Shown here one piece after another: positions 38,030 to 50,772 of a DNA stretch of 64,000 nucleotides (position 1 is its first letter; each line of letters begins with the position of its first letter). The stretch comes from Chiloscyllium plagiosum (taxonomy: Eukaryota). The DNA lies in NCBI RefSeq assembly GCF_004010195.1, contig NC_057718.1:82539848-82603847 (forward strand). The letters run 5' to 3'. The notes below the pieces were generated by a model. That model searched no databases. It saw nothing but the letters and a program-made list of their open reading frames with translations, and was not told the origin of the DNA. A program made the translations under genes and the position numbers.

Positions 38030-40565
38030 GAGAAAGAAAAGATGTGTAGGAAAGGTAAAGTTACAGTGATCGTAAGGGATTTCAATATGCAGATGGACTG
38101 GGAAAATCAAGTTGATAGTGGATTGCAAGAAAATAAATTTGTGAAATGTCTACAAGATGGTTTTTTGGCACAGCTTGTGGTGGAGCCCGCTAGGGAACAG
38201 GCAATACTGGATTTAGTGTTGTGCAATAAGACAGACTTGATAAAGGAGCTTAAGGTGAAGGAGCCCTGAGGAGGCAGTGATCATAAAATGATTGAATTTA
38301 CTCTGCATTTTGACAGAGAGAAGATAGAATCAGAAATAATGGTATTACAGCTGTATAAAGACAACTACAGAGGCATGAGGGAGGAGCTGGGTAGCACTGA
38401 TTGGGAGAGGAGCCTAGCAGCAAACACAGTGGAACAGCAATGGCAGGAGTTTCTGGGAGTAGTTCAGAAGACACAGCAGAGATTCATCCCGAGGAAAAAT
38501 AAGCACAGTACTGGGAGGATGAGTCAACCGTGGCTGACTAGGGAAGTCAGGGATAGCATAAAAGCAAAAGAAAAAGTATATAACGTGGCAAAGGGCAGTG
38601 GGAAACCAGAAGATTAGGAAGCTTACAAAGGTCAACAGAGGGCATCAAAAAAAGAAATAATGAGGGAGAAGATTAAATATGAAGGTAAGATAACCAGCAA
38701 TATGAAGGAAGACTGTCAGGTATCTAAAGGGCAAAAGTGAGGCAAAAGTGGACACTGGGCTGCTGGAAAATGACGCTGGAGAGATAGTAGTGGAGAACAA
38801 GGAAATGGCTGAGGAACTGAATAATTACTTCGCATCAGTCTTCATGGTGGAAAACATGAGTAATATCCCAAAAATTCAAGAGAGTGAGGGGGCAGACCTG
38901 AGTACAGACCTTAGCACTAAGGCAAAGGTGCTAAAAAAAAACTGAATGGCCTGAAGGCGGATAATTAACCTGGACAGATGGACTACACCCCACAGTTTGA
39001 AGGGAGATAGCTGAAGAGATAGTGGAGGCACTAGTGGTGATCTTTCAGGAATTACTAGAATCAGGGAGGGTCACAGAGGACTGGAAAATCGCTAACGTGA
39101 CATCCCTGTTTAAAAAGAGAATAAGGCAGAAGATGGAAAATTACAGACCAATTAGCCTAACCTCGATTGTGGTTAAGATCCTGGAATCCATTGTGAAAAA
39201 TGTGATTTCTGAATACTTGGGTGTGTGGTGAAATATGGATAAGTCAGCATGGTTTCATCGGGGGAAGGTCATGCCTGACAAAAGAAGTAACAAGCAGGTT
39301 AAACCAAGGAGAACCAATGGATGTTATCTACCAGGACTTCAAGAAGGCCTTTGACAAGGTACCGCACAGGACACTAGAGTACGATAAGGGCCCATGCAAG
39401 GTGCTAGCATGAATAGAAGCTTGACTGTCTGGCAGAAAGCAGAGAGTGGGGATAAATGTATCCTTCTCAAGATGGCAGCTGGTGACAAGTGGTGTTCTGC
39501 AAGGCTCAGTGTTGGGACCACAACTTTTCAGTTTATACATTAACGAACGAGATGAAGGAACTGAGGGCTTTCTAGCTACGTTTGCAGATGATACAAAGTT
39601 AGATAGAGGGACAGGGAGCATTGAGGAGGCAGGGAGGCTACAAAAGGATTTGGACAGGTTAGGAGAGTGGTGGACAAGCAGGAGGCTGGAAGAACACAAC
39701 AAGTCAGGCTGCATCAGGAGGTGGAGAAGTCAATGTTTTGGGTGTAACCCTTCTTCAGGACTGGGGATGGGTGTAAGGGGTGCTGCAGATAAAGAGGGTG
39801 GCGGGAACAGGTTGGTGAAGTGGGGATAGGTGAAGACAGGCAGAGGGTACGACCTGATTGGTCAGTAGGAGGAATGAACCGGGTTGGTGAGGAGTGGAAG
39901 GGAGGAGGAAGGGCCCGGAAGGGAAGGAGGGTTATTTGAAATTGGAGAACATATTGTTGAGTTCTCCGGGCTATAGGCTGCCCAGGTAGAAGATGAGGTG
40001 GTGTTCCTCCAATTCGTGGCAATGGAGGAGGCCAAGGATGGTCATGTTGGAAAGGGAGTGGGAAGGGGAATTAAAATGGGCGGTGACTGGGAGGTCTGGT
40101 TAGCCCCTGTGGGCCCGGCTGAGATGCTCAGCAAACCATTCCCTAAGTTTACGTTTGGTCTCCCCGATGTAGAGAAGACCAGATTGGGAGCACCTGATGC
40201 AGTAAACTAGGTTGGAGGAGAGGCAGGTGAACCTCTGTCTCACCTGGAAGGACTGTTTGGGGTCCTGGATGGAAGTGAGGTGGGTGGTGTTCTGTTTCCT
40301 TTGCCAGTCCTTGGTTTGTGCCACCCTCCCCACTAACCCTCAGGTACCTTCCCCTGCAACTGGAAAAGATGCAGAACCTGCCGGTACATGGAGGCCAGGT
40401 CATTGAGTATATTTAAGAAGGAGACAGATAGTTTCTTGATTAACAGGCGGATCATGGGTTATGAGGAGAAAGCGGAAGCATGGGGTTGAGAAACCTATCA
40501 GCCATGATTGAATGGCAAAGCATTTTCGATGGACTGACTGGCCTAATTTCTGCTCCTGTGTCTTA
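38030..40565 (+). mobile_element. CR1 LINE (endonuclease end and RT; 3' tail 40390-40565) disrupted by a PLE
   Basis: RDFNMQMDW, ILDLVLCN, NYRPISLTS, GVLQGSVLGPQLF, FADDTK. Confidence 0.92.
39672..40388 (-). mobile_element. Neptune-type PLE 3' fragment (GIY-YIG) with hammerhead 39728-39762
   Basis: FTCLSSNLVYCIRCSQSGLLYIGETKRKLREWFAEH. Confidence 0.88.
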
Positions 40566-41803
40566 ATCAAATACCATCTTGCGCCAAAAAGGCTAAGGGA
40601 TAGATGGTCAAATTCTGCCCTTGCTGTGCAGTTTGCAAGCAGAAGGTGAAAGCTTGTGCTGATCCTTGTAATTGGAAGTAAGGCAGATGGGGAACATAAT
40701 CACACGTGATGGTAGAAATCAGGTCTTGATGGAAAGGTGGAAGCTTGCAGTTTAGTTCTTGGAACTTAAAGATGGATCAAACTGAAGCCATTTTGCATGC
40801 ATTTGAAGGTCATGCATGTTCATTAAGACACCAGAATTATGTTCCCCTTTCCAACAAAGTTCTCTTCAAGCAAGCGACATGTCCCTCTGACTCCTGACAG
40901 CATGTCAGCGGCGTGGAGCAGGTGAGGCATTGAATTTGCTGGACTTCAAAGCAAATAGCCGTTGAGAGTGTTTGTTTCTGTCATACCGTGATTGACTTCG
41001 GCTGGCAGCTGCACTGAGGAAGACCAGTGGAGGGAGACTGGTGCGTAATGGGAACAGGCTGATCAGGGAAAACAGGCTGATGAGGGCAAGGGAAACAAGT
41101 AGATTCGGGAAGTGATTGAAAAGGTTCAAATGTTTTAGCCCTATGAGAACCTGAGTGATGCTCTTGACTTGTAGAAAATGCATTGCCTTTAAATTTGGTG
41201 CCAAGACTTTCTACTCCATGAGGTCATGACGAGGCGTTGTTTCGAGTTTCTGCCTGGTCCTGCCAGAAGATTCACCATGCACATCATACAATACATATCG
41301 AATAAGCTAAGAAGGGCATTAATCGTGGAAGGACAGCCAACCTGCCCCTGAGCAGAGGTGATACTTCCATAGACTGTGCAATGGAAGATTCTGCCTAGAG
41401 TTTCAATAGAGGGTGTTGAAGTGGGATGACTGCTTTTGTTGATGAATGTGTATGGTGTGTGAAACAGAGAGGAGAGGCTGTTTGTCTTAGTAACTAGCAA
41501 AGAGTTCTGCATAACAGCAGAAATGTCATGCTGTGTCAGTGTTCAGACTCTGGTTTCCTAGATTATCTCCAAATGTCAGGGGATACAGTCCAAACTAAGG
41601 GCGGGGGAAGAAGGTCTGTGCAATTTAAAGATGTATACAACTGAAATGTTCAAAATGAAGGTTTGTAACACACAGCAGACAATTGGTTCCAGGAAAGCTT
41701 ATGCTACTGATGCTATTGGCTTGCAGACCCTTGTTGAATGCATGTTGTTGCTAGCCTTTTGTTCTCTTTCTCTGGGATTGACTGTCGTCAACATTTGTTG
41801 TAG

Positions 41804-41957
41804 GCAGAACGCTGAACTGGCTAAATTGCGGCAGGAGTGTGCCAAACTCACCAAGGAGCTGAGCGAAAAGTCGGAGGCCCTCCAGCAGGATGAGCAGCAG
41901 AGGAAGGTTCTGGAGGGAAAAGTCAGCAAGTATGAGCAGCAGCTTACTGAGCTTCAG
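41804..41957 (+). CDS. RRBP1: RRBP1 coding exon
   Basis: ttgtAG / GTgagc. 154 nt, QNAELAKLRQECAKLTKELSEKSEALQQDEQQRKVLEGKVSKYEQQLTELQ. Phase 2-0. Confidence 0.95.
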
Positions 41958-42289
41958 GTGAGCGAGAGCACGTTGTCCAATAGTTCTGTTTGTATGCTAT
42001 ACCATCTGTACCCCTCAGTGAACAGCTTGTGACTTTTCCTCACCATCTTTCTCGCTCCTTCTGATGACTTTTTTTTCCTGTGTTTCCAACCCAGCTGTCA
42101 ATGGCTCAGTTATTGTGCTTTAGAGTTAGAAGATTGAGTTCCATTCCAGGACTGAGCGAGTGTATCACTACTGGGAGGTGCTGCCTTTCAGATGGGACTT
42201 TAAAGTGAGGCACCATCTGCCCTCATGGGAAAATGAAAGATCCTAAGACTTTATTTGAAGAAGAGCTGAGGAGTTATATGAATGTACAA

Positions 42290-42630
42290 ATTAGGAGCAG
42301 GAGTAGGCCGTTTGGCCCAGAGCCTGCTCTGTCATTTTTTTTAAGATGATGGCTGACTTGACACTCATTTTAATTCTACATGCCTGCTGTACCCTGGTAA
42401 CCTTTGACCTGCCTCCTCTTAACAAGAATCTGTCTACCTCTGCCTTAAAAATAATCAAAGTTTCTGAAGAAGAGTTCCAAAGAATCACGACCCTTTGAGA
42501 GAAAACATCCTCATCTGTCTTAAATAGTTGATGCCTCACTTCTTAAACAGTGGCCACGGTTCTAGATTTTCCTACAAGAGGAAATATCCTTTCCACATCC
42601 ACCGTGTCAAACCCTTCAGGATCTTATATG
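42290..42630 (-). mobile_element. CR1 3' fragment inside a DeuSINE-like copy (about 42100-42790)
   Basis: FSQRVVILWNS...FKAEVDRFL. Confidence 0.8.
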
Positions 42631-44566
42631 TGGTCCGCAATGTGTATATTCTTAAAAAAATTCCTCTTAACCAAATGATTGGCTGATTATCATATTGCTG
42701 CTTTGGGTGCAACAGAGATTCCTCTCCCAAGTACTTCACTGACTACAAAACCCCTTTGGATGTGCTGTGGCCATGAAAATAACAAATGCAGTTGTGTTAA
42801 CCGCCCCACCTCCATTTTGTTTTATTAACTTCCCAGGTCAACAAGATCACTTTTAGTATTTTAACCTCCACAACCACCTTGACATAGGCCAGGGAATTAA
42901 AGCTGTGACCAGCCGACTGGAGCTCAGATCACTATCTGAGCTACATCGGGCCATGCTTTGTAACTTTGAAAGGAATATTGCAGAACGTTGTTGCGGATGT
43001 TGAAACTGGTAACTCACTGTACATCTGTTGAGGACTGCGTGAAATGGAGAGGGGGATGAATATAAACTGAGGGAGGGCGTGAGAGAGAAAAAAAGAGAGA
43101 GAGGAGCACTGAAACTAGTGAGAGAGAAAAACACTCAGGTTAATGAAAAAATGAGAAATACAAACTGAGAGAGAGAGATAGAGAAATACAAACCTGGAAT
43201 GATAAAAGAGGGGGAAACAAACTAGGGGTGGAATCTTCTGCTCTTAGAGGCATTAGGCCTGGAGGTAATTAGGTGGGATGGTGGTATCCCAGAACCTAGC
43301 TTCCTGCTTCCACATGAATTACATTCAGGGCAGAAAGGCCAAGGTTCCACTTTCCTACCCTGCTATTAATTGAGACCCTTAAGTGATCAGTTGATGATCA
43401 ATTTGGTGCCTATTTGTGCCTGGGCCGCAATTACTTAAACTGGAGGCAGGAGTTTGTTCATCCGACTGGTAAACCAGTGCGGGCAGGCTGTGAGTCCGGA
43501 GTGTCCCTTGATCTGCAAGATCAAGGGAATGGACATAGTGCAGGAGGGTTGGCTGTTGAAACTGTCCTCCTGTACCACCCACTTTTCCCCATGAGCCCCA
43601 ACCCCAGAAAACTCCCCTCCCCTTTGTGTGGCTGCCAGCTCTTGCTGGGCGGGATTTCTGTCTCTATCTCACTGCTGCCCTTATACTGGCTGGCTGGAGG
43701 AAGCTATGGTAGGCTTTGATCAGAAGAGACAGGGCAGGGGTCTCACCAGCCTTTCAGCAAGCATATAAGATATCCAATGAAAACGGATGGTGCCTTCCTA
43801 GGTTGAGATAGAGAGCACAACACAAACGTCGGGAGTGAGTAAAACACAAACTGAGGGAGATGGACATAAAAGCGGGAGATGAGGGTGAGAACACAAGAGA
43901 AAAATTAACCGGGGAGGATGAAAGAAAGAGAAATAGAGGAAGGAAAGAGAGGGAGAAACACAAACAAGATAGAGAAAATCACACTGGGTTAAGTAGAGAA
44001 GTGTAAGCTGACACAAGGGGGGAGTTCATCTCTGTCATGCTTTGGTGCTATTATGAGGCTCAGTGGCTTTTCCTGAGGACTGAACCATATTGGGCTCCAG
44101 TGATGGGACGTGGGAATCTTGAAGCTGAAGTAACTGTAGTTTTGGAATCACTCACTAGTTTTATACTTTATTGTATCTGAAAGTTATGTGATTAAGTGTC
44201 ATGAACTGCCATATGATTAAACTGTCACATGACCATATCTCCAAGCGCATGTCACATCAAAATTGGCACAGGCTAGTGGAAACCTTTTCCCCTGAAATGT
44301 TGGAAAAACTGGGGTCAGCTGAACATTTCAAAACTGAAATTCCCAGATTTTTGTTGGATAAGAGGATGGGATATTAAGGAACATGGAGCCAAGGTGCATG
44401 CATGGGGCTCAGGTACAAATTAGCTATGGTATGATTGAGTAGTGGAACAGGATGAATGGTTTCCTGTTCTTTGGTCTTGCCTGCCTTCATCACTAGAGTA
44501 TTGCTGCACCTCATGATTTGCTGAAATTATTGCCCTCAATATAGCTTTACACTGTCTGATTTACAG

Positions 44567-44717
44567 TCGAATCAGCAAGAAACAGAGAGGACGTTACAGA
44601 AACGACTTGATGATGTTAGTGAGGAGCTTCGAAAGTCCCAGAGTAACTATTCCAGTCTGCTGACAGATGCTGAGAAGATGAGAGGGGAGAAGCGCACTAC
44701 ACTCAGTACCTTAACCG
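44567..44717 (+). CDS. RRBP1: RRBP1 coding exon
   Basis: ttacAG / GTgagt. 151 nt, SNQQETERTLQKRLDDVSEELRKSQSNYSSLLTDAEKMRGEKRTTLSTLT. Phase 0-1. Not in the supplied ORF track. Confidence 0.92.
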
Positions 44718-44914
44718 GTGAGTCTGTAGGTCAGGTGAGTGTGAGGGTTAAACCTAGGATTAATATCTGTGTGTAAGTTAAGGCATTGTTCAATGTCCCC
44801 TCATCCCACCCACCATTTCATTAGCTGGGAAATTCCTAGCAGTTTTCCAAAGTGTGCAGTTCTGGGGAATGTCAAGCTCCAGAGTCTCTCAGTTTAAATC
44901 CATAATTCAATGGT

Positions 44915-45552
44915 GTCAAGAGGTTGAGATGTGTATGTAAGTTAGCTCGCTCAGCTTGAAGGTCTGTTTTCAGATGTTACGTCACCGCACTAGGTAATAT
45001 CATCAGTGAGACTCTCCGGTGAAGTGCTGGTGGTATGTCCTCCCTCTCTATTTATGGGTCTTGGTTTCTCAGGGTGGGTGATATCATTTATTTTTAGATT
45101 AGATTACTTTACAGTGTGGAAACAGGCCCTTCGGCCCAACAAGTCCACACCGCCCCGCCAAAGCGCAAACCACCCATACCCCTACATTTACCCCTTACCT
45201 AACACTACGGGCAATTTAGCATGGCCAATTCACCTGACCTGCACATCTTTGGACTGTGGGAGGAAACCGGAGCACCCGGNNNNNGGAATTGAACCCGGGT
45301 CTCTGGCGCTGTGAGGCAGCAGTGCTAACCACTGGTTTCTGTTTTTTTTTCAAGGGAAGGTAAATAGGATCTAAATTGATGTGTTTATTGATGGAGTTCT
45401 GGTTAGAATGCCATGCCTCTAAGAATCCTCATGCGTTTCTTTGTTTCACCTGTCCTAGGATGTGCGTGTTGTCCTTCTTTGTATGTATAGAAACGAGTGA
45501 TAGTGGGTCATGTCTTTTGGTGGCCAGTTGGTGTTCATGTATCCTGGTGGAA
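44915..45552 (-). mobile_element. Poseidon-type PLE 3' fragment (hammerhead 44970-45009) interrupted by an HE1 SINE (about 45093-45333)
   Basis: Minus strand encodes ...FLEAWHSN..SINKH. The SINE has a B box and a TCTAA tail. Confidence 0.8.
45280..45284. other. Short assembly gap
   Basis: Five N inside the HE1 SINE copy. Confidence 1.
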
Positions 45553-45655
45553 AGTTAGAGATATTCCAGGAAAATTTAAAATTTGTTTATGGACTGAACT
45601 TCTCTTTGCCCTCTGTGCATCAGTCAGAAACTATCTAACATATGCCACAAAGGAT

Positions 45656-45764
45656 TGAAGGGCTTTTGCTCCTGTTGCTCGGATGCTGCCTGACCTGCTG
45701 TGCTTTTCCAGCACCACTCTACTCTAGACTCTGATTTCCAGCATCTGTAGTCCTCGCTTTTGCC
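45656..45764 (+). mobile_element. PLE terminal-repeat fragment
   Basis: gaagggcttttg...ggatgctgcctgacctgctgtgcttttccagc...gtcctcgctttt. Confidence 0.8.
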
Positions 45765-45947
45765 ACAGGATTCTCTGCCCAGTGCTGGCAGTATATTCTT
45801 CAGTCAAGCCCGCGACCTTCCTTTGGCCTTCAGTGGATGTTAGATAATTTGTGCACTTTTGTGTCTTTGAGTTACATGTTGGGCTATGGCCTCCAGCCGC
45901 ATGAGGTACGTTAACAGCACACTTTGTCCTATTCCTCTTGGTCGTAG

Positions 45948-46135
45948 ATCTTCAGGCTAAAATGTTGTCGACAGAGGCTGACCTAAAGAGCAAAGTGGAG
46001 GAGCTGGAGAAGCTGCACAGTCAGCTGATGGAGGCTGGATCAGAGAAAGAACGCCTGGAGGAAAGAATCAAGTCGATTGAAACTCTGCTCGAGGCTGGTC
46101 AGAACAAAGAAACAGAGAAAGGACTTCCAGCTCAG
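45948..46135 (+). CDS. RRBP1: RRBP1 coding exon
   Basis: cgtAG / GTtaga. 188 nt, (D)LQAKMLSTEADLKSKVEELEKLHSQLMEAGSEKERLEERIKSIETLLEAGQNKETEKGLPAQ. Phase 1-0. Confidence 0.92.
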
Positions 46136-47145
46136 GTTAGACATCCCGTCAAGGGTAGACCTTCAGTGGGAGCTAATTATTTTGAAAATAAAGGAAAGTA
46201 CAATGCATTTCTTAAAATTAAGACACAGCAAAGTGCTTTACAGTAATTACCACATTTTCTACAACAGTGACTACATTTCAAAAGTACTTAGTTGGCTGTA
46301 AAAAGCTTTGACATTTCCAATGGTCATGAAAAACACTTTAAAAATGTGACTCCTCCTTTATTTCTGCAATGAAGTGCTTATTATTTTGCAGTGTTGCCAC
46401 TAAGACACTATAGAAAATGTGGCAACCAGTTTCCACACAGCAAGTTGCCATAAGTATCATTGAGATAATGTTTTGGTGATGGTAAGTAAGGGAATATGTT
46501 GGATACTATGAAGACATTCCCTTAATCTTCATTGCATAATGTCAAGGGATCCTTTCCATGCATCTGAGATGCTGCAGGGCCATTGTTTAAAGTCCTATTT
46601 GAAAATGGCACCTCTATGGTACAAAGTGCACAAGGAATGTTCACTTTAGCCCTCGATTTTTAGACTTAGAATCCAAAGTGCTACCCATTGAATCACAGCA
46701 GATACTTGTAAATTGTAAGAGAGTGGAAACTGAAGACTGGGAGCTTATAGGAAAGAAAATTATAAAAGCACACACAGTACAACAAGTTTTGATTTTAACG
46801 GTGTGAGGAAGGAGATAAATTCCTTTTAGGACATGAGATGAGCTGAAAGGAAAGTTAAGAGTAATAGTAGTATTTTTTAAAGACATGTTGCAATAAGAGA
46901 GGTTGAGGTGTATATTATACTAAAGGGAGCATACATAATTAGCTTTTGTCTGCTGCATTTGTTATATTTCAGTAGAATCACATGGTACATGAGAGAGCCA
47001 TCAGCCCACTTGTTCCTGTGTCAGCTCTTTGAAATAACTAATTGTATTAGTTCCTTGCCCATTGTTGAGTCCATAGTTCTGCAAATATTATCTCTTCAAA
47101 TTAATATTCTGGATTAGTGGTGCTGGAAGAACACAGCAGTTCAGG

Positions 47146-47754
47146 NNNNNNNNNNNNNNNNNNNNNNNNNNNNNNNNNNNNNNNNNNNNNNNNNNNNNNN
47201 NNNNNNNNNNNNNNNNNNNNNNNNNNNNNNNNNNNNNNNNNNNNNNNNNNNNNNNNNNNNNNNNNNNNNNNNNNNNNNNNNNNNNNNNNNNNNNNNNNNN
47301 NNNNNNNNNNNNNNNNNNNNNNNNNNNNNNNNNNNNNNNNNNNNNNNNNNNNNNNNNNNNNNNNNNNNNNNNNNNNNNNNNNNNNNNNNNNNNNNNNNNN
47401 NNNNNNNNNNNNNNNNNNNNNNNNNNNNNNNNNNNNNNNNNNNNNNNNNNNNNNNNNNNNNNNNNNNNNNNNNNNNNNNNNNNNNNNNNNNNNNNNNNNN
47501 NNNNNNNNNNNNNNNNNNNNNNNNNNNNNNNNNNNNNNNNNNNNNNNNNNNNNNNNNNNNNNNNNNNNNNNNNNNNNNNNNNNNNNNNNNNNNNNNNNNN
47601 NNNNNNNNNNNNNNNNNNNNNNNNNNNNNNNNNNNNNNNNNNNNNNNNNNNNNNNNNNNNNNNNNNNNNNNNNNNNNNNNNNNNNNNNNNNNNNNNNNNN
47701 NNNNNNNNNNNNNNNNNNNNNNNNNNNNNNNNNNNNNNNNNNNNNNNNNNNNNN
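47146..47754. other. Assembly gap
   Basis: Run of N. Confidence 1.
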
Positions 47755-48021
47755 GCTCTGCTAGGAGGCGTCCAGTTTCCCCAATGTAGAGGAGACTGCA
47801 TCGGGAGCAACGGATACAATAGCTGATATTAGTGGATGTGCAGGTAAAATTTTGATGGATGTGGAAGGCTCCTTTAGGTCCTTGGATGGAGGTGAGGGAG
47901 GAGGTGTGGGCGCTGGTTTTACAGTTCCTGCGGTGGCAGGGGAAGGTGGCAGGATGGGGGGGTGGGTCGTAGGGGGGCGTGGACCTGACCAGGTAGTCAC
48001 GGAGGGAGCGGTCTTTGCGGA

Positions 48022-48339
48022 AGGCGGAGAGGGGTGGGGAGGGAAATATATCCCTGGTGGTGGGGTCTGTTTGGAGGCGGAGAGGGGTGGGGAGGGAAAT
48101 ATATCCCTGGTGGTGGGGTCTGTTTGGAGGCGGAGAGGGGTGGGGAGGGAAATATATCCCTGGTGGTGGGGTCTGTTTGGAGGCGGAGAGGGGTGGGGAG
48201 GGAAATATATCCCTGGTGGTGGGGTCTGTTTGGAGGCGGAGAGGGGTGGGGAGGGAAATATATCCCTGGTGGTGGGGTCTGTTTGGAGGCGGAGAGGGGT
48301 GGGGAGGGAAATATATCCCTGGTGGTGGGGTCTGTTTGG
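48022..48339 (+). repeat. 53-bp minisatellite, 6 identical copies
   Basis: Unit aggcggagaggggtggggagggaaatatatccctggtggtggggtctgtttgg starts at 48022, 48075, 48128, 48181, 48234 and 48287. Confidence 0.95.
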
Positions 48340-49871
48340 GGGTGGGGGGAATGTCGGCGGATGATTTGGTTTATGCGGAGGTTGGTAGGGTGGAAGGTGG
48401 GCACCAGGGGCGTTCTGTCCTTGTTGCGGTTGGTGGGGTTGGGTCTGAGGGCGGAGGTGCGGGATGTGGATGAGATGCGTTGGAGGGCATCTTTAACCAC
48501 GTGGGAAGGGAAATTGCGGTCTCTAAAGAAGGAGGCCATCTGGGGTGTTCTATGGTGGAACTGGTTCTCCTAGGAGAGATACGGCGGAGGCGGAGGAATT
48601 GGGAATACGGGATGGCATTTTTGCAAGAGGTAGGGTGGGAAGAGGTGTAATCCAGGGAGCTGTGGGAGTCGGTGGGTTTGTAAAAAATGTCAGTGTCAAG
48701 TCGGTCGTCATTAATGGAGATGGAGAGGTCCAGTTACCTCTTCAAATTAATAGACTTGCAAATGCTTGTTATCACTGGCAAATTATCAGATTTAGATTTA
48801 ATATAATTAGTTCCTTTTTCCCTACTAGCCCCCTGAGCTGATTTTCTAATGCTATGATATTTAACAACTTTTGATGAAAAATGATCTGAGTTGCAGCTTG
48901 TAGCTACACAAAACAGCCTACATGATGGCACTAATGATTATAGTTCAACTAGGTACAAGTTAATTAGGCATTAAGTACAAAAGATGGATTTTTACTCCAA
49001 TCCTTTGATGTGTAGGCCACCCTGTGTTCAAATTGTTTAGTTTCTTTGTCCTTTACTCTAATTCCACCCCTCCCCCTTCGGATAGATCATTATTAGAACA
49101 TAAAGTCCAAGTAGTACCTTATTGGTATGATTCTAAGCCAATCAGTGGCACTGTAGCCCATTTAACTCATAAATGTTCATACAGTATTTCCATTTTGTTA
49201 CTCCCTGACAATCTCCAGCACTTTTCCAGCACAGACAACTTAAAAGAAGCTTTGGTAAGACAGGTTTACAATTACACTGTTGATGTACAATGTATTTCAC
49301 ATTAACATAAACTTCTGTTATTGGAATTTGTAATGCTGGGATCAGTTGAGTGCTTGCTTCAGTGTAGAGCCAGTGGTGTTTTCCTTGTAACAATGGAATT
49401 AAAAAATGAACTGTGCTGCCTTGATGAGAGAAAAGGAATGCCGTTTTGGTGGTTCTGTGTACTGTTGCTGCCCTATTAGATAGAATGGCCAATACCTCAA
49501 TTCTGATATGTAGGATTAAGGACTTTGTGGGTAAAGAGAAGTGGATTCAGAGATCACTATAACATGCAACCCAGAATGAGCTTCGCTCCGTCCACATGCA
49601 GTTGCAGAACAACTCGAAATCCTCTTTAATTAGGAGGAGGCCTTTCCCTTAGAGTTGCCAATCTGGTTGAATATGTTCTAGAGGTTTCCTTATGTGACCT
49701 CCTACCTCTAATCGCCACACCCTGATACTCCCATCATTGGTCACCCAGCATATGCAGTAGCTGATTTTGTCCTGTCTTTAACCCACCCAGCGTGGTTTCT
49801 TAAATGAATTAAAACATGTTCTGTGGGAAGTTGGCTATTGTCACACCTATTGACCCAGGGTAGGCCAGCAT

Positions 49872-49972
49872 CAGTGAAGAAGAGTCATACCAGACCCGAA
49901 ACGTTAACTCTGTTTCTGTCTCCACCGATGCTGCCAAACCTGTTGGTTTTCCCAGTACCTTCTGTTTCTATT
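49872..49972 (+). mobile_element. PLE terminal-repeat unit with hammerhead remnant
   Basis: gTGAAGA-AGAGTC-ATACCA-GACCC-GAAA-C-GTT-AACT. Confidence 0.7.
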
Positions 49973-50237
49973 TTATAATCTCATGTCAACAATGCAAAGA
50001 GAAGGGATGAAGTAGAAGTTAGGGGAATGGTGAGGGTTATATTAAAATACCAAGAACTGCTACTTGCTGCAGCAGCAATTTAATCCAAAATTTTGACTTG
50101 GAAGATGACTTCAGTGTAGCATCAATTCACACATTAATATTTGGGGCATCTGCTGGTTGAAATGGAGGTTTGTGAAAGGATGTGTTCTGCAAAAGGTATT
50201 ATGCCTAAGTTTGTTTTAATTTATTCTTACATTTCAG

Positions 50238-50275
50238 ACCACCCAACAGGAAGAACTGGAACAGTTGGGGAACAG
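50238..50275 (+). CDS. RRBP1: RRBP1 small coding exon (38 nt)
   Basis: atttcAG / GTaagg. Encodes TTQQEELEQLGN(R). Phase 0-2 is exactly what is needed to join the flanking exons. Confidence 0.85.
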
Positions 50276-50334
50276 GTAAGGTACAGTTCTGAAGCATGTA
50301 ATTGGGTGAGAGTGTGTGTAGCCGTGCGTGTTTG

Positions 50335-50772
50335 TACGGTATGCTTTCCTTTATTGGTCAGAGTATTGAGTACAAGAGTTGGGAGGTCATGTCGCGGCTG
50401 TACAGGACATTGGTTAGGCCACTGTTGAAATATTGCGTGCAATTCTGGTCTCCTTCCTATCGGAAAGATGTTGTGAAATTTGAAAGGATTCATAAAAGAT
50501 TTACAAGAATGTTGCCAGGAATGGAGGATCTGAGCTACGGGGAGAGGCTGAACAGGCTGGGGCTGTTTTCCCTGGAGTGTCGGAGGCTGAGGGGTGACCT
50601 TATAGAGGTTTACAAAATTATGAGGGGCATGAATAGGATAAATAGACAAAGTCTTTTCCCTGGGGTCGGGGAGTCCAGAACTAGAGGGCAAAGGTTTAGG
50701 GTGAGAGGCATGGACGGGTTGGACCGAAGGGTCTGTTTCCACGCTGTACATCTCTATGACTCTATGACTCTA
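50335..50772 (+). mobile_element. Young CR1/HER1 3' fragment with internal deletion
   Basis: Open frame LYRTLVRPLLKYCVQFWSP...RRLRGDLIEVYKIMRG. CTCTATGA tail. Confidence 0.92.

Larger units (their letters stand above)
47107..48737 (-). mobile_element. Neptune-type PLE fragment with 15-bp TSD, spanning a gap
   Basis: MASFFRDRNFPSHVVKDAL...PLVPTFHP, a Cys-rich linker and YCIRCSRCSLLYIGETG. TSD ctcttcaaattaata at 47092-47106 and 48738-48752. Confidence 0.88.

Noticed and set aside
47088..47819. Long ORFs of 215-243 aa
   Set aside because: They are artefacts of translating through N runs.
48022..48339. CRISPR-like array or repeat protein ORFs
   Set aside because: There are no spacers, the context is eukaryotic, and it is a simple tandem repeat.
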